DNA of 64,000 nucleotides from Podarcis bocagei (taxonomy: Eukaryota). The notes below the pieces were generated by a model. That model had not been told where the DNA came from. It was given only the letters and a program-made list of their open reading frames with translations, and made no database searches. The translations under genes and the position numbers were made by a program. Below are positions 36,616 to 50,829 of this stretch, one piece after another. The stretch lies in NCBI GenBank assembly GCA_964188305.1, contig OZ076888.1. One strand, given 5' to 3'. How positions within the stretch are numbered: the first letter of the stretch is position 1; each line of letters begins with the position of its first letter.

Positions 36616-37569
36616 TCAGTGACATCAAGGTCTGCAGGAAGATTTCAGCTGTGTTCAGTGGAATCCTTCCTTTGATCAGGACACCCGTTTGTGAAGATGT
36701 CTGGTTCTGGGCAGTACCTGAGCAACTGCTTAGAACCCACATGTTCATAACTTTAGGCCATACTGTGGAAGAAGGGTGGGATATATTGGTAAGAAAGCAA
36801 GTATGTTAACTATTTTTAAGTCCCGTTTGGCTTCACAGCACTCTTTTAACGTTCACCCTCAGGATGCTTTGAAAGTGGTCCCTTTGTGGTTAGTATCTTT
36901 GAGAACTATGGCAAAACGAGTAGACTTATCTAGGAAAATGGCTATACTAGTTGTGCATGGAGAGAAAGTCTTTATGGCTTTGAAAGTATAACAATGAGAC
37001 AGAGTACATCCAAGGTGATTAGAAGAACACAGCTAAGCTTTCCAGGCAACAACAGAAATAGAATAAATGAGATAGGGTTCTGCAAGCCTCATACAGAGTT
37101 GTGAGCCAGGTCTAAAAAAATGCAAATTAGCACGTTCTGAATTTTATGCTATTCTTCACTTCTGTGAATGTCATAATCACTTCATAAAACAGAATGTAAA
37201 ATAATAACTAACTGGCAGGTGCACTTAACAGTTTCCTGGTTACTCTGCATGGTTTCTAACACTGGGTAATTACAGAGTGTCTCTTAAACCACATGGAGGC
37301 AACCCATGGATTGGATGCAGCTCCCATAAACTGCCCTCCCAACAAATTCCCCAATTGCCACCTGAATATGGCCAAATCTTGCTGCCCAGGAATTTTGCTG
37401 CCTACCTATGCAGCACCAATTTTTAAAATTAGGCATTATTTATATACATGCACAGAGACGAAAAAGAAAAGAAAAGCAAATTGTCCAAGTTTCAAAATGA
37501 AAAGAAAATTGCAAATACTAACATCGACCATAACTTGTGGTTCTTAGGCTTAATAATAATAATAATAAT

Positions 37570-37611
<42 letters not shown>

Positions 37612-40470
37612 GTTTATAGCTAAAGCCTATCTATACTCCTTCTCACACACCCCAATTTTTATTTTTCACTTTCTGTAATGAGAAGGATGGGGGGTAAGTC
37701 ATCCCCAAACATCCTCCTCCTGAACAGCTGTAAATCATCCAGAACAGCTCTGAAAACACACAGACTCGCATTGTGAAAGAGCTCTATTGTCCAGTGTTGT
37801 GAGGGATCTATTTTTGTATTGTGTGGTGTTTTTGTATTGTATTTCCATGTGAGAGCTAGAAGCATAGAATTTTGAAGGAGTCCTCATATGGTCAGATGGA
37901 GAGTGCCCTCTCACCACACACTTCAGAAAGGAACAATATGAATTGCCCCACTTTTATGCAAGGGCTGGTTCAAGCCTACATCCACGTGCATCACTCAATA
38001 GACTCTCAACAGAATTTGGGGTCTGATTTATGGTAAATGGTACTGCAGGGGAAAAAGCTTTCAGATCATAGCTTTGTCCCTTTCTGTTATGTAAATGCCA
38101 CTGGGTTAGTTTCAGATTTCAGCTTAGTTGGGCTGTGTACACATTACCATTTACTGTGGCTCTAGTGCACTCCCCAAACTTGTGTTTGAAGATGAGAAGA
38201 CGGGACATTTTTTTTGCATAGGAGTTCTGTAGTTTCTTGAGTAATACTGGTGTTTGGCATGTTTTCTATCAAACCAGCTTCAGATTGGAAAATGTAAGCC
38301 AAACTGAGGTGTATGGATTTCAGACATCTGTAGCGTATGCACAGATCACAGCTTCAGTGAATGAGAGTTTGGGGGTGTTGCAGGCATGGGAAAATATATC
38401 AGATGAAACAAAGCAGGTAATGGAAAGTACTTCTTCACATAGCACATAGTTAGACTATGAACCTCACTCCCACAGGAGGCTGGGATGGCCACCACCTTGG
38501 ATAGCTTTAAAGGTGGATTAGAAAAATGTACATTGATAAGGCTATATCAATGACTACTAGCTTTGACGGCTAAGCTCTGGCTCCACTGCCATAGGCTGTA
38601 AGCTTCTGAATACCAGTTGCTATAAATTGCAGGAGGGGAGACTGCTCTTGCACTCAGATCCTGATTGAGGGCATCTGGGCGGTCACAGTGAGAACAGGGT
38701 GCTGGACTAGATGGCCAGATCGAGCAGGTTCTTGCTGTCTCTCTCACTGTCAGAACATATATCGTTAACAGCATGGGGAAAGAACTTCTCTGTTGTGGTT
38801 ATGCTGCCCTGGACTAGCAGATAACCAAATTTTCTGTGTAACATTAAGTTGGTGGAGTCTTCCCCCCCCCACCTGAATACACCCCAGTGGTACCTTGAAT
38901 ATTCTGCAGAAGCCACACAAAAGATTTACTGGAATGATACCTAAATGGATAACTGCAGCCACTGTGTGAGTAATGTCTGTGTGATTCTGTCTTGTAAAGT
39001 GATCTCCTTTTGTCAGAGGGAGTTCTCAGTGAGGAATGAAGGCACCCGCTCTTCCTGGTTCAATAGCTGGCGAGTCTTTGATATCTACTATCTGCAGTTT
39101 CTTTTCTGCAGGGGTGGGGAGTAGTAGTAATAGGAGTTGAGACAATGTTCTGGCAATCTTGGCTGTGTAACCCTGTGAAGTTGATGATAAAAAAGCCACA
39201 GAATGACCCCCCACCCCAACCCCAAGCATAACCAGGGGTTAGATTCTTTGAAAAAATCAGTGGCTAATTTTTGTGATTAAGGAGGAAATCAGGGCCAGGT
39301 CAGAGGCTGCTTCATAAATCTGTGAAGGACCCTCTGGTTCTGCTATGTTGCCTTTTTTTAGCTGTGCAGCACACTGGACTCTTAGGAAGATCAGATACAG
39401 AGCAAGTCTCTCTTATAGTGCATCAAACTTCAAAGGATTCAATACAAAGGGAGATAGGCTGCCCCTTGAGTCTTTTGTGCATTGCACAGCCAACAAAAGG
39501 GACGTGATGTTCTCAGTGTTCATGCTGGGCTGCCAGGAAGGTTGAAACAGCACATAACTGGATGCACAGGGCTAAGGATGGAGCAGGATCTCATTGCATG
39601 TCCCAAAAGCAGGTAAACCCAGACAGGTCGGGAGATGAAGGATCAAATGAAAGCTTCATTTGGGGGAATGAGGTGCTTTAAAGCATTGTGGGTTTGGGTG
39701 TCTCTGGCGCTTGCTGAATACTCATCAGGGAGTTGGCCTGTGGAGTGGATTCCATAGAGAAATCAATGCAATGGAATATGTTTGCACTGACTTTGCATCA
39801 ACGTCTGGTGCCGTACAATGGAAAATCTTTGCCTGCTTATTTGGAAGTAAGCTCAATTAAACTTAGTGGCCCCTACTTCTGAGTGAACATGTTGCACGTG
39901 TATCTGTGGTGTACTTGAACCAGAAAATTAATTCTTCATACATGCACAATTACAGTGCAACTCTTTTTCAAAACTTCCATGCCTTGGGAATAGCTTCAAT
40001 TGCCGCCGTTTGAGAAAGAACATTGGAGGGGTGTAGCAGGGCCTCATTGGAACTGGGACACCCCACGAGCCATGCACTGTAGTCTGCTAGATGCATGACA
40101 ATCCCTGCTTTTTCATTCTTTGGTGGGTGAGGGGAGAGAACAAAACCATAACTTTGGGCCCATCCAGGTTTCATTACAGGTGTCTGCAGGAACCTGTTGC
40201 CAACAGCACATTTGAAGGGGATTTAACCTGGACTGGCCCCATGTTATCCTGCGTTATTAGGTGTTCTATGCTGCTTTCCCAAGGTCCCTGCTTTATTTCA
40301 CCCAGAATTTAACTTTGCCCATTCCATTGTCTATGTTCCCACTATCCTTTGTTAAACCACTTGAAAGTTTGTTTTTTACAATCAAGTGGTGTATACATTT
40401 TATGAAATAAATAAATGAATCCTCACATCTCCCCTTCCTGCTAATTGCCCTATGATGCCACGCCACCATA

Positions 40471-40702
40471 CAGTGGTACCTCGGTCTAAGAACAGTCCTG
40501 TTAATGAATGCTGCGGACAACGACCTCCGCAAAACTGGAAGTAGGTGTTCCAGTTAGTGCACTTTGCCCTGGAAGACGAACGGAAGCCAAACACCAGCGG
40601 CGGGAGGCCTCATTAGAGAAAGTGTGCGCCTCCGTTTAAGAGTGCTTTGGTGTAAGAACGGACCTCCGGAACGGATTAAGTACGTAACCCGAGGTACCGC
40701 TG
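40471..40702. mobile_element. Tc1/mariner (Tigger/pogo-like) MITE
   Basis: TA-CAGTGGTACCTCGG...CCGAGGTACCGCTG-TA. Confidence 0.85.
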
Positions 40703-42897
40703 TACTTTCATTTTTTACACTTTTGAAGTTTTTGTGGTCAGGCTGCGATTGCTGTGCTAAACCATCACTCATTTCCACATGCACACACAAGGCCCTCGTG
40801 GGAATGCCTCTATTTGAAACTTTTAAGAAGTATGTGCGAGTAGCTATGCTACAAGCAAATGGATATATTTCAGTGTATTGTCAAGGAACTCTTGTGCTAT
40901 AAAGCACATTAAAACTGGGAGTAACCCCCCCCCAACAAACAGAACACCTGTAGTATAGAAAGCTACAGGATCTTAGCAAGAAACTGTGGGGCACACACCA
41001 GTTGCAGCTGAAGCAGTACAACCATTCTAAAACTTTTGCAAGCACAAATGGTATTGAAAGCATGATCGCGTATAACTGCCCTGACAGCATCCTGAGTACT
41101 AACCATGATGAATGCACAATAAACATGATACATGACTGATGGCCTGGGTTGGGCTTGGTGTGGCAGGAGTTGTGCAAGGGTGAGTCTGAGTAATGTTTGA
41201 AGGGTTAAGAGAGAGGAATGGTATTCTCAAACTGTAGCTCGCAATAATACTGTGGTTCACTTTAGCTTGGACATTTATTCATTTCTTCCATTAAAAGTCA
41301 CCTCAGAGCAAAGGAATGGAAGTTCCCCACATGAAGGCCTCTGGGAATATTCCAGCAAACAATCTCCCCGAAACCACAAACACAGGACTATTCCAGGATT
41401 AAGAGCATGACCTTTTCTGACTTAATGCATCAGGTGGTTTTAAATAACTCGCCTTTTTTAATCTGCTTTCAGTTTTAATAAATAGAATTTAATATCCTTC
41501 AAATTTCTAAAAAATAATGTGCTCAATCTCTACACCATGGTTAACTTGACCTATTAAGATTAGAACTGAACATAAAATACCAAGTACGAAAAGTAAAATT
41601 GTCATGGCATTCATGTACTACTTAGAATATACAAGATCACTGTCTGAGGGGCAATTAGGAATGAAATATTATGCCATGTAGGTCCTAAAATAACAACTGG
41701 TCTTCTAGTGTTTCTACCAAACTAGGCCAAACGTATGCTGATTTTCAGGAGAGGCAGAAATGAATTCGGTAGCTGGCAAATGCCTTCTGTACCAGCCACA
41801 CCATTTAAATATGACACAGGTTGGCATGTGAGATAACAGTGAATGATCCTGAAAATTAACAAGGCCTCAGGCCCGAGTGGGTTCACCCCCAGAATATTCC
41901 CCCGCCCCCTCATTTTTTTATATTAAAACCACTGACAGAATTATAAACTACCAGAAACCTGCTTTGAAGTAGGGGGCGGTGGAGGAAATAGTCGGCATAC
42001 TGTGGTATCAATTTATTTATTTTAACCAGGAGATGTGTCTGGCAGCTTATCAGGCCGATGCCAGCGAGATGTGTTGGCAAATGGCAAATCATTTATGCTA
42101 ACGGCAGGAGGTGTTAAATTTCAGCATTGAGAAACTTCTGCAAAAAATTCCTGCAAGGTGTTCAAAACCTATTTTTGTACAGCACAGGAAAAAAGAGAAA
42201 TTAAATCCCATTAAGACCTAGCATGATGCAGCATTTCTACCTAAATCTTAAAACAATATATGGCTGTAGTCCTAAACTTGCTTACCTGGAAGGAAGAGCC
42301 AAGATAGACAAGTGTAGGTTAAATCAGCAGTCTGGTTTCATTTTGACCTAGGAGCAGCCGTGCTGCAGAGGAGTTCTTGGCCCTTTCTCTCTCTCTTCTG
42401 CAATATCGTAGGGTTGCATATTTCAAAAAGTAAAAACCAGGACACCCCGGAAGTTGTTTTAGGTCAGGGAAATGGCAGACTGCCTATGACAGGGATGGGG
42501 AGCCTGTGGTCCATCAGATGTTGTTCAAGTCCAGTTCCTATCACTCAACTGGTGGACAATCTCATCCTTGAGTTCCACACTGTGGCTCCAGACCAAATCA
42601 TCTGTCAAGAGAGCTATGACCTGGCCAGGGCCATCATTATTTTTTTTAATGATACCATCATTGTGATATAAATTACTTAGAGGTGTTTATAAAGTTACAA
42701 CAAAATACAAAGAATACAAAATCACAGAATCAAAAGAGCATTCCATGCTCAAAACGAAGGTTGCATGTTCTCCAAAATAAAAAAAATATTAAAAAATCCA
42801 GTAAGTTCCCATAGTTCCTGGGAGAGCAGAGAAAGAGGTATCCCTGCACCCCCTTCCAGCCAGCATGGAAAGAACCATGCACATATCTCTGCACAGC

Positions 42898-43261
42898 CAG
42901 TGGCGTTGCAAGGGAGGGTGGTGGGGTGGTGGTCCGCCCCGGGTGCCATGTCTGGAGGGGTGACAAGAAGGCATCCCATGGGGTGTTTGCCCCGCCACCC
43001 CTGGACGCGGCGGCGCGAGCAGCCATCACGCCGCCACAGCCGCATGTGGAGGATCCCACCACCATCCGTACAGCACTCGGGCAGCACCGGCGGCAAACCA
43101 CTACATACAACACATGCACGGTGTCACACACATACGCTGTACGTAGCGATACCGCACATGCGCCTTACATAGCAATGCATGCGTTGTACGTAGTGGTACA
43201 ATGCATGCGCAACCGGCGGTTTGCCCTGCCCTGGGTGTTGGTTAGCCATAATTCGCCCCTG
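42898..43261. mobile_element. CpG-rich hAT-type non-autonomous transposon
   Basis: CAGTGGCG.../...CGCCCCTG ends and perfect 8-bp TSD TGCACAGC (42890-42897, 43262-43269). Confidence 0.85.
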
Positions 43262-45764
43262 TGCACAGCTGGGCACTGGCAAGTTCATAACTGACATCTT
43301 TGTGGTATCAGAGAGTGGTGGGCACACCTCTCTACCACCACATGAAGCCCTTTATCCTCATTTCATTTATGTACTTGTAATAACCAAGTCCAAAGGCTAT
43401 TGACTTTTAGTCCAAGTCCATCAGTCACAAAGACCTTTTGTACACCCTGACCGCAACACATTCAAACTGCAGCACATTGACTTGTGGGCCAGGACACAGG
43501 CCTGGCCAGGACGTTAAACGTAGCAACTGCAAACACACAGGATTTCATTAACGCATTAGGATTATAGCTTGATTCCATCTGCAGTTATCAAGATCATTAT
43601 CACTGACCATACTGGCTGGGGTTGATGAGAGCTGGGAGTCCCATCAGGCTTCCCATCCTATCACATCTCTTTACTGTCAAATAACTTCTCTAAACCCATC
43701 TTTCCTAATTTGACATAAAACCCTACGCAAACTTAAGTACCAGTGAAAGAAAAGGCACAGTTGTTCTTCCACATTATTTTTTCTCCCCTCTATTTTTGGC
43801 CTTCACCTGCACTGAAAATTAGATTGTAAGCTTCTTGGGGCAGGGGACTGTAACTCTGTAGCAATCTGTAACTGTAACAGGCAATGGGTCATATGTAATG
43901 AAATAATAATAAGTAATAATAGTAATACAGTCCCCGCCCCCTGCCCAATGCAGTGCATCACTTAAAATCATTGCTTGTTCTTCAAATATCCTTTAAAACA
44001 GCAGGCAGGCTTAGAAAGCTAAAAACAGCCCAGCCAGGGAACCAGTTTAGACTGCTACAACGTCAAATACCTTTCACCAAGTATCATTTTAGTTTTGTAT
44101 TCTGGGACCATGGTCATATTTCTTTCCACATCCTTCAGTGCTCAAACAAGGTGCTTTCAGACACGAGAGGGCGCTGTTTTCCTTTTATTTGTTTTTTTAG
44201 TTAGTTTGTTTTTTAAAAGAAAAAAGACCTAACCAAGCCTTCTGTTACTTACAAGTAACATGCAATATAACATTTATTTCCCTTTTAGGGCTGCTATCAC
44301 TTGGGAAACTTCCCCACTCCATGCTTCCATAAACAGGAGGGAGCTTAATTCTTCAGATGAAATCAACAGGACTTGAGTAACGCTTCATTTCCCCTGATTT
44401 GTGTCCAATAATTTTGTGTTTTCAGAAATCAGTTTAAATATATTTAAGTCTGACCAGGCCAGAAACTTATGAAGAAGCTTATGAAGAAACTATTTTCTGT
44501 CATTAGGTAGGCTAATCTAAAATAGTGAGAAAGGCTTCCATCTCATCATTTTAGAACTGATTCTTTTTTTTCCCATGAGAAGATTTTTTTAAAAAAATAA
44601 GGATTCCTTAAATAGCAACTTGAACTTTCTTTAAATAAGCCTCCTCCCTCCTCTCTGCTATGTTTTTGGCAATTGCCTGAGAGCAGCCCTTCTCAAGTTA
44701 CTCAGAGCTCCCACCCTCCTTCTCCCTGCAAAAGGATGGAACTACATGCAGAGTCAGCACATGTGTGTTGCCAAATGCACATTTTCTTAAGAGTTTAAGC
44801 ACAGGGTAAATGCTTGCAGAATAAAATCAAGCAAGGGATACAAATGGTTTAAATTCTACACTGTGTGCCAGTTCTCCACTGCATTGTGGAGCCTGGCAAG
44901 GGTGGTGGGCGGGATTCAAAACTTCCTAGGGGGAATTTCAGGGGGAGTATTGGGCATCCCTTTTTCAATTCTCCCCACATTAGTGTTGTGAAACATAAGC
45001 CCTTTTCACACATTACTCAAACGTAAGGCATGGCCATGTTTACTTTGGAGAGAGGCCATGCTTTTAGCTCTACCTCTGAAACTGCACCACCTTCCTCAAA
45101 AGAGTTGTGCCTTTCTTCTGCACAGCTGGGGGTCCTGACTGCTTGAAGTCTTTACAGGTGAGCAAGACCACCTGCATATAGATTTCTCTACAGACAAATA
45201 AGCTCATCAGATGGTTGCTTGTCAGGGGTGGCACTAAAAAGCACAGGCCTGCTTCCGACAATGCCATGCCTTTGTGTAATGTGTGGATAGGGCCATAGAG
45301 CTATTGGTAACATCCTTCTACCTATCAAAGTTTATGTAACGTAATTTCTATTTTAGAATCATTTTTCATTTTTGTTAATGACCCAAGTATTCCATCAAAA
45401 TATTCCATAAAAAGTCATGTCTGCCTTAGCTTTGCACAAAAGTGTTGTGTTTCATCATGGCTCCCCTTCCCCACCCCCCATAGCTAACTCCCTTCCCTAC
45501 GACCCATGAGAATTGTTCAAGTATGGTATGCATTTGCAGAAGCACTGACTGGATGGAATTCCATTTTCCTTTTCGGATAAGAACACTCCCTAAAGAGCCT
45601 TCCCTCTCATCCATTCTCATTGAGCTTGACGTGCCAGTTTCTACCAACAGCCACACATCTGTGTAAGGCACCATTTGAAACATTTGACAGGAACAGCTGT
45701 AGAATATCTGTTTTCAGTAAAACTGTTTTCTGCCTGCCACCATTTCATCTAACTTTTATCTATT

Positions 45765-45895
45765 NNNNNNNNNNNNNNNNNNNNNNNNNNNNNNNNNNNN
45801 NNNNNNNNNNNNNNNNNNNNNNNNNNNNNNNNNNNNNNNNNNNNNNNNNNNNNNNNNNNNNNNNNNNNNNNNNNNNNNNNNNNNNNNNNNNNNNN
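45765..45895. other. Assembly gap (131 N)
   Basis: Run of N characters. Confidence 1.
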
Positions 45896-45944
45896 AAATC
45901 CCTCAAAGTCAGTTAGGTTGAGAGTACTGATGGAAATAATAATA

Positions 45945-46365
45945 CAGTGGTGCCTTGCAAGACGAAAAGAATCCGTTCCGCGAGTCTCTTCGTCTTGCGG
46001 TTTTTTTGTCTTGCGAAGCAAGCCCATTAGCGGCTTAGCGGATTAGCGCTATTAGTGGCTTAGCGGGCTTAGCGGATCAGCTGATAAGCGGTTTAGCGGC
46101 TTAGCGGATCAGCTGATAAGCGGCTTAGCGGCTTAGGATCAGCTGATAAGCGGCTTAGCGGCTTAGGATCAGCTGATAAGCGGCTTAGCGGCTTGGGAAA
46201 AAGGGGGGGGGAGGAAAAAAACCCCCGCAGGAACTCGCAAGACATTTTCGTCTTGTGAAGCAAGCCCATAGGAAATTCGTTTTGCGAAGCACCTCCAAAA
46301 CGGAAAACCCTTTCGTCTAGCGGGTTTTCCGTCTTGCGAGGCATTCGTCTTGCGGGGCACCACTG
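45945..46365. mobile_element. Tc1/mariner (Tigger-like) MITE with an internal minisatellite
   Basis: TA-CAGTGGTGCCTTGCAAGACGAA...TTCGTCTTGCGGGGCACCACTG-TA; internal CGGCTTAG and GGATCAGCTGATAAG tandem units at 46026-46195. Confidence 0.9.
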
Positions 46366-48523
46366 TAATAATTTTTTATTATTATTTATACCCCGCCCAT
46401 CTGGCTGGGTTTCCCCAGTCACTCTGGGCGGCTTCCAAGATTTTAAAGTTTTGATTCACCTTAGTTTCTCACTTTTATAATCTTAAATTCAGTCTTCCAG
46501 GTTTCTGCAGCAATTTGCTTTAAAAAAAGAATTCTAATAAAATCCTTCAACATTTCAAAGTAAATTTCACCTAATAAAAGCATACTATTGAATAATGTAC
46601 CCTTTTTTGCAAGCAATTTACATTTTGTATGTTATTTTTACTGGTATATTCACCTTTATGCCCATTTCCCCCGATACATGCATCTTTCAAAATAGGATGA
46701 AAAACTGCACCCAAAATTCAGATAAGTGAATTTTTAAGCTATGTTTTAGTTCTCATGCTGTTTTGGAAATTTGGCTTTAAATGTGAACTGAATCAAATTT
46801 CTCTCCCACCCTTTGTTGAGAGAAAGCAATTGACCCAAGGTCATCAAAGAAGCTTCATTACCAAGTGTGGATTTGAATCTAGCTCTTTCAAGAGAAAGTG
46901 TGGTGCTTTAACCCCACTGGATTGGTAATTGCTTGTAACAGGAAGTTTATATTTTAGGAGGGGAGATTTGCACTAAGAAAATGTAACAGGCAGGGCACTA
47001 TTCAAGTAATGTGTTCCATCCATGCAAGGATATCTGCTTGGCAATGGAACTCCCCCCCCTTCTCTTTTCCCCACATACACCCCACACCCTCCCCAAATCT
47101 GTTCCAGAGGGTTGGAGAGAACCTAGAACAGATTTAGGAGGGAGCAGATTGGGTGGCCTGGTGCAGGGTCTGACACACTTGATAGCAATCCTTTAAGCAT
47201 CTGGGTCCAATCCAGCTGGGAGGAAGTTATGCACAACCTCCATTGCCACATCCAACTTGCTTCCACTGTATCTGGGCAGTCAACTTCAAGGTGACCAATG
47301 ACTTAAATGGGCTTTATTTTTGAAACTCTTCTCCAAAGCAGAAGCCAACACCACTTATAAGCTGCCTGTAAATTGTCTCCCCAAATAATTCCAGTAACAT
47401 TGGCAGGAGTGGTTCTCTAGGGGTGCTAAATGTGGGAGAGTGGCAATGTGCTGAAACTGTGGGGCTTATGAAAAATAGATTATGTACGTGACTGATAGGA
47501 AATAGTATAATTACAACTGCATGGAATAAGATTCAAGCATCATGCTGGCTGTAAATTGGGATACAAGGTGTTCTAATATGTCTTTATAATTTGCTGTTGA
47601 AACCTAATTGGTTTCATTTTAAAACTATCTAACTTTCCACTTAATTACATCATGATAGTTTCTTCAAGAAGTGACATTTTCAGGTTACTGTTTTTTTAAA
47701 AAAATATCAAGCAAGGCTTGCTAATTATGTCTCTGATATATCATGTTGGTGCTATTTAGAGCTGTCTCTCTCCTTTTTGGAACAATAGAGAGAGTTGTAT
47801 TTAATTTTCTTTTTTTAATGTGGAAACATTTAAGACTACTTTGCAAATAGCACCATAAGGCTACTTCTCACAAGGCGGCAGTGGCAGCATGAGCAGGGAT
47901 TTTAAAGCCTAACGAATTTACAAGGAAAACTCACATATAACTGAATGCCTGTGGGCATTGTTTATTTGATGCTGTGGATGTGTTGATAAAGAGAAAGAAA
48001 GATAATGGGGAAATCTTCACACACAAAACTCAGAATGGTCATATCCTAGCTGTATTGTTTTTTATTATATAGCAGTGAAGAAAAAGTCACAGTTGTATGT
48101 TTCCAAAGTTCGGTTTACAACCAATATCTTTACCAAAGATACGTTCACACACAATTCAGGGTTTGGAGGCTGCAAACAATAAGTGATGACTTCCATTTCT
48201 GGTGTAGCTATCAGAAACCCAAAAGTTTATATAATCAAGCACAGCTTTCTCCCAAGCCAGTGCCCTCCAAATGCTTCAGACTACAACTCCAATAAGCCCA
48301 GTCAGCATGATGGGAGTTGTAGTCTAAAACAGTTGAAAGTCACCGGGCTGCTTTAGCATCACCTCAGTCACACTATCTTTCAGTGGAAGCTATTCATATG
48401 CTCAGGAGCAAATCCATGAATGATAAACACTACCCTACGTGCAAAGTTCTACTATTCAGAAGGAGGCCCCACTGAGTTAAATGAAGCTTACTCCCAGGTA
48501 AGTGTGTATAGCATTACAGCCTA

Positions 48524-48905
48524 GGGACGCAGGTGGCACTGTGGTCTAATTCATTGAGCCTCTTGAGCTTGCTGATCATAAGGTCAGTTCAAATCCGCAC
48601 AACAGGGTGAGCTACCATTGCTTTGTCCCAGCTCCTGCCAACCTAGCAGTTCGAAAGCATACCAGGACGAGTAGATAAATAGGTACTGCTGCGTCAGGAA
48701 GGTAAATGGTGTTTCCTTGCGCTGTGGCACTCATCACGGTGTCTCGTTGCACCAGAAGCAGTTTAGTCATGCTGGCCACGTGGCCCGGAAAAGCTGTCTG
48801 CAGACGAACACCAGCTCCGTTGGCCTGAAAAGCAAGATGAGTGCCGCACCCCATAGTTGAAGTCAACTGGACTTAACCATCCAGGGGTCCTTTACCTCTA
48901 CCTTT
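48524..48905 (+). mobile_element. Sauria SINE, full length, more diverged
   Basis: GGGACGCAGGTGGCACTGTGG head, core, CCTTTACCTCTACCTTT tail. Confidence 0.88.
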
Positions 48906-49129
48906 TGCGGCCTAGGTCTTACCTTTCATGTGTTACATTATCTTACTTGCAGGTAGTGAGGACAGTAGGCATTCAATTACAGTGATGGCTCACAACCATA
49001 GATACAGGATGGTAGCCATCCTTTCTCATTAGGTGGGGCTGCCACATTTCTTAGGGTGCTATTATTTTGGGTGGCACAAAAATGATATTTTTTGACCCCC
49101 CCCTTTTTTTCTTAACCAGGAATTTACAT

Positions 49130-50300
49130 GTCATTTGGTTCTGCTGGACCTTTTAGGAATGTTTGATGCTGTTGACCATTGTACACTTCCAGACAGTTTG
49201 AAGGGAATGCACCCAGGACAGGGCTGGGGAACCCATGGCCCTCCAAGTGTTGTTAGGCTCCAACTTCCACCAGCTCTGACCATCAGCCATGCTGGCTGGG
49301 GCTTACGAGAGTTGTAGTCCAACAAATCTGGAGGGCCACAAGTCCCCCACAACTCCTGCCCTAGGAGGTACTGTGCTATGGTTCTGGCTCTTCATTGAGT
49401 GTCAGAAAGTGATGCTGGAGGACCAATTAAACGCCTTGGTCATTTGTGTATGGCATCACTGTCTTCTTTGGTAGGTTGTTCAATATCTACATATGACTGA
49501 ACGGGGTTGTCTGGATGTTTAGAGTGTGTTGTAATCAACATGCAGATAGCACAGAGTTTCATTTCTCCTTTCCATCTAATACCAAGTTGTTGATGTTCTG
49601 AATTGCTGCCTGCTGATAGCAATAGGCTGGAGTTGAGGGCTAATCAACTGAAGCTTAATCCAGATGAGAGAGCTGTTCCTCATCAGGAAGAAGATAGACT
49701 CCAGAATAGAACTTCAAAGTGGGGTTTTTTTTTGGGGGGGGAGGAGGAATCAGGTATTGAGTTTGCAGGTTGAAGAATTGGGTATTCAGTTTGTGGATGT
49801 TCCTAGATTCATCCTTGAACCTGGATGCCCAGGTGGTGGCAGCTGCTAGGAGTGCCTTTGGCTAGCTTAGCTGATGAACCAGCAGTGCCTTTTCCTAAAG
49901 AGGTCTGATTTGACCCTAATTAAATGTGCCTTGCCCTTTAGTTACATCTAGACTAAATTACTGCAACATGTTCTACATGGAACTAACTTTGATGAGTCCT
50001 CGGGAAATTATGTTGGTCCATCATGTGGCGGTCAAGATGTTTATTTGACCACATTTCACTTGTCCTACAGTAACTGGACTGGTTAACAATTTGTTTTGAG
50101 GTTCAGGGTGTTGGTGCTTGCCTTTTAAAGCACTAAATGACTTGGGTCAAGGATACCTGAGGGATTACCTCCTCCCATGCCAGCCTGCCCATTCATTAAG
50201 ATCTACAGAGAAGAAATAAGGCCTTCTCAGTACCTGAATGGTTCAATCTTTGATGGCCTTTCACCAGCTTATGAAGACATCTTTATTCTAGCATGTGTTT
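49130..50300 (+). mobile_element. Old degenerate L2/CR1-clade LINE ORF2 remnants, interrupted by a MITE at ~49220-49345
   Basis: LVLLDLLGMFDAVDH resembles the LINE RT motif LVLLDLSAAFDTVDH; later remnants such as LKLNPD and SRLNYCN. Confidence 0.65.
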
Positions 50301-50829
50301 AATTTGTTAGGCTGGGTTGATTCTAGTGACAAACTTTGTTTTATGTGACCTGCCTGCCCTTTGCGAATTGCATCTGTCACCTGTGGATGTTATGCGCCGA
50401 TTTTTATTTTTATATTGTGATTTTAATTGATGTAAGCTACTTTGTGTAATGCATGTGAGGTTGCTACAATGGTTTTATTATAAATAAAATAAATATTCCC
50501 AAAATGTTTTTACTTTAATGAAAATGTTACAAACTGTTGTATACACAGATTGTATACAAGGCAATTGTATGTTGCCTTGTGTTTGTTGGTAGTGAGTCGG
50601 TAGTCCTAGTAGGGCAGTGCATGCTCTAGCCCCACCTCAACCAGAGCTCTGTGATAAGCTTGTAAAATGCAGCTAGAAAAGCAAAGCTTTCCCTTGCTCT
50701 GTTCAACATCAGAACCCAGCCAAACTGCTCATGGGGACCACACAATTCTTCAGCAATGGAGAGTAGTAAAGAGGACAACTTAAACAATCTCCCCAATCTT
50801 TAGCTCCCAGATGCTGTTGAACTGTAACC

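Noticed and set aside
42730-43327. Cluster of 115-135 aa ORFs
   Set aside because: They coincide with a GC-rich non-autonomous hAT element and show no protein homology.
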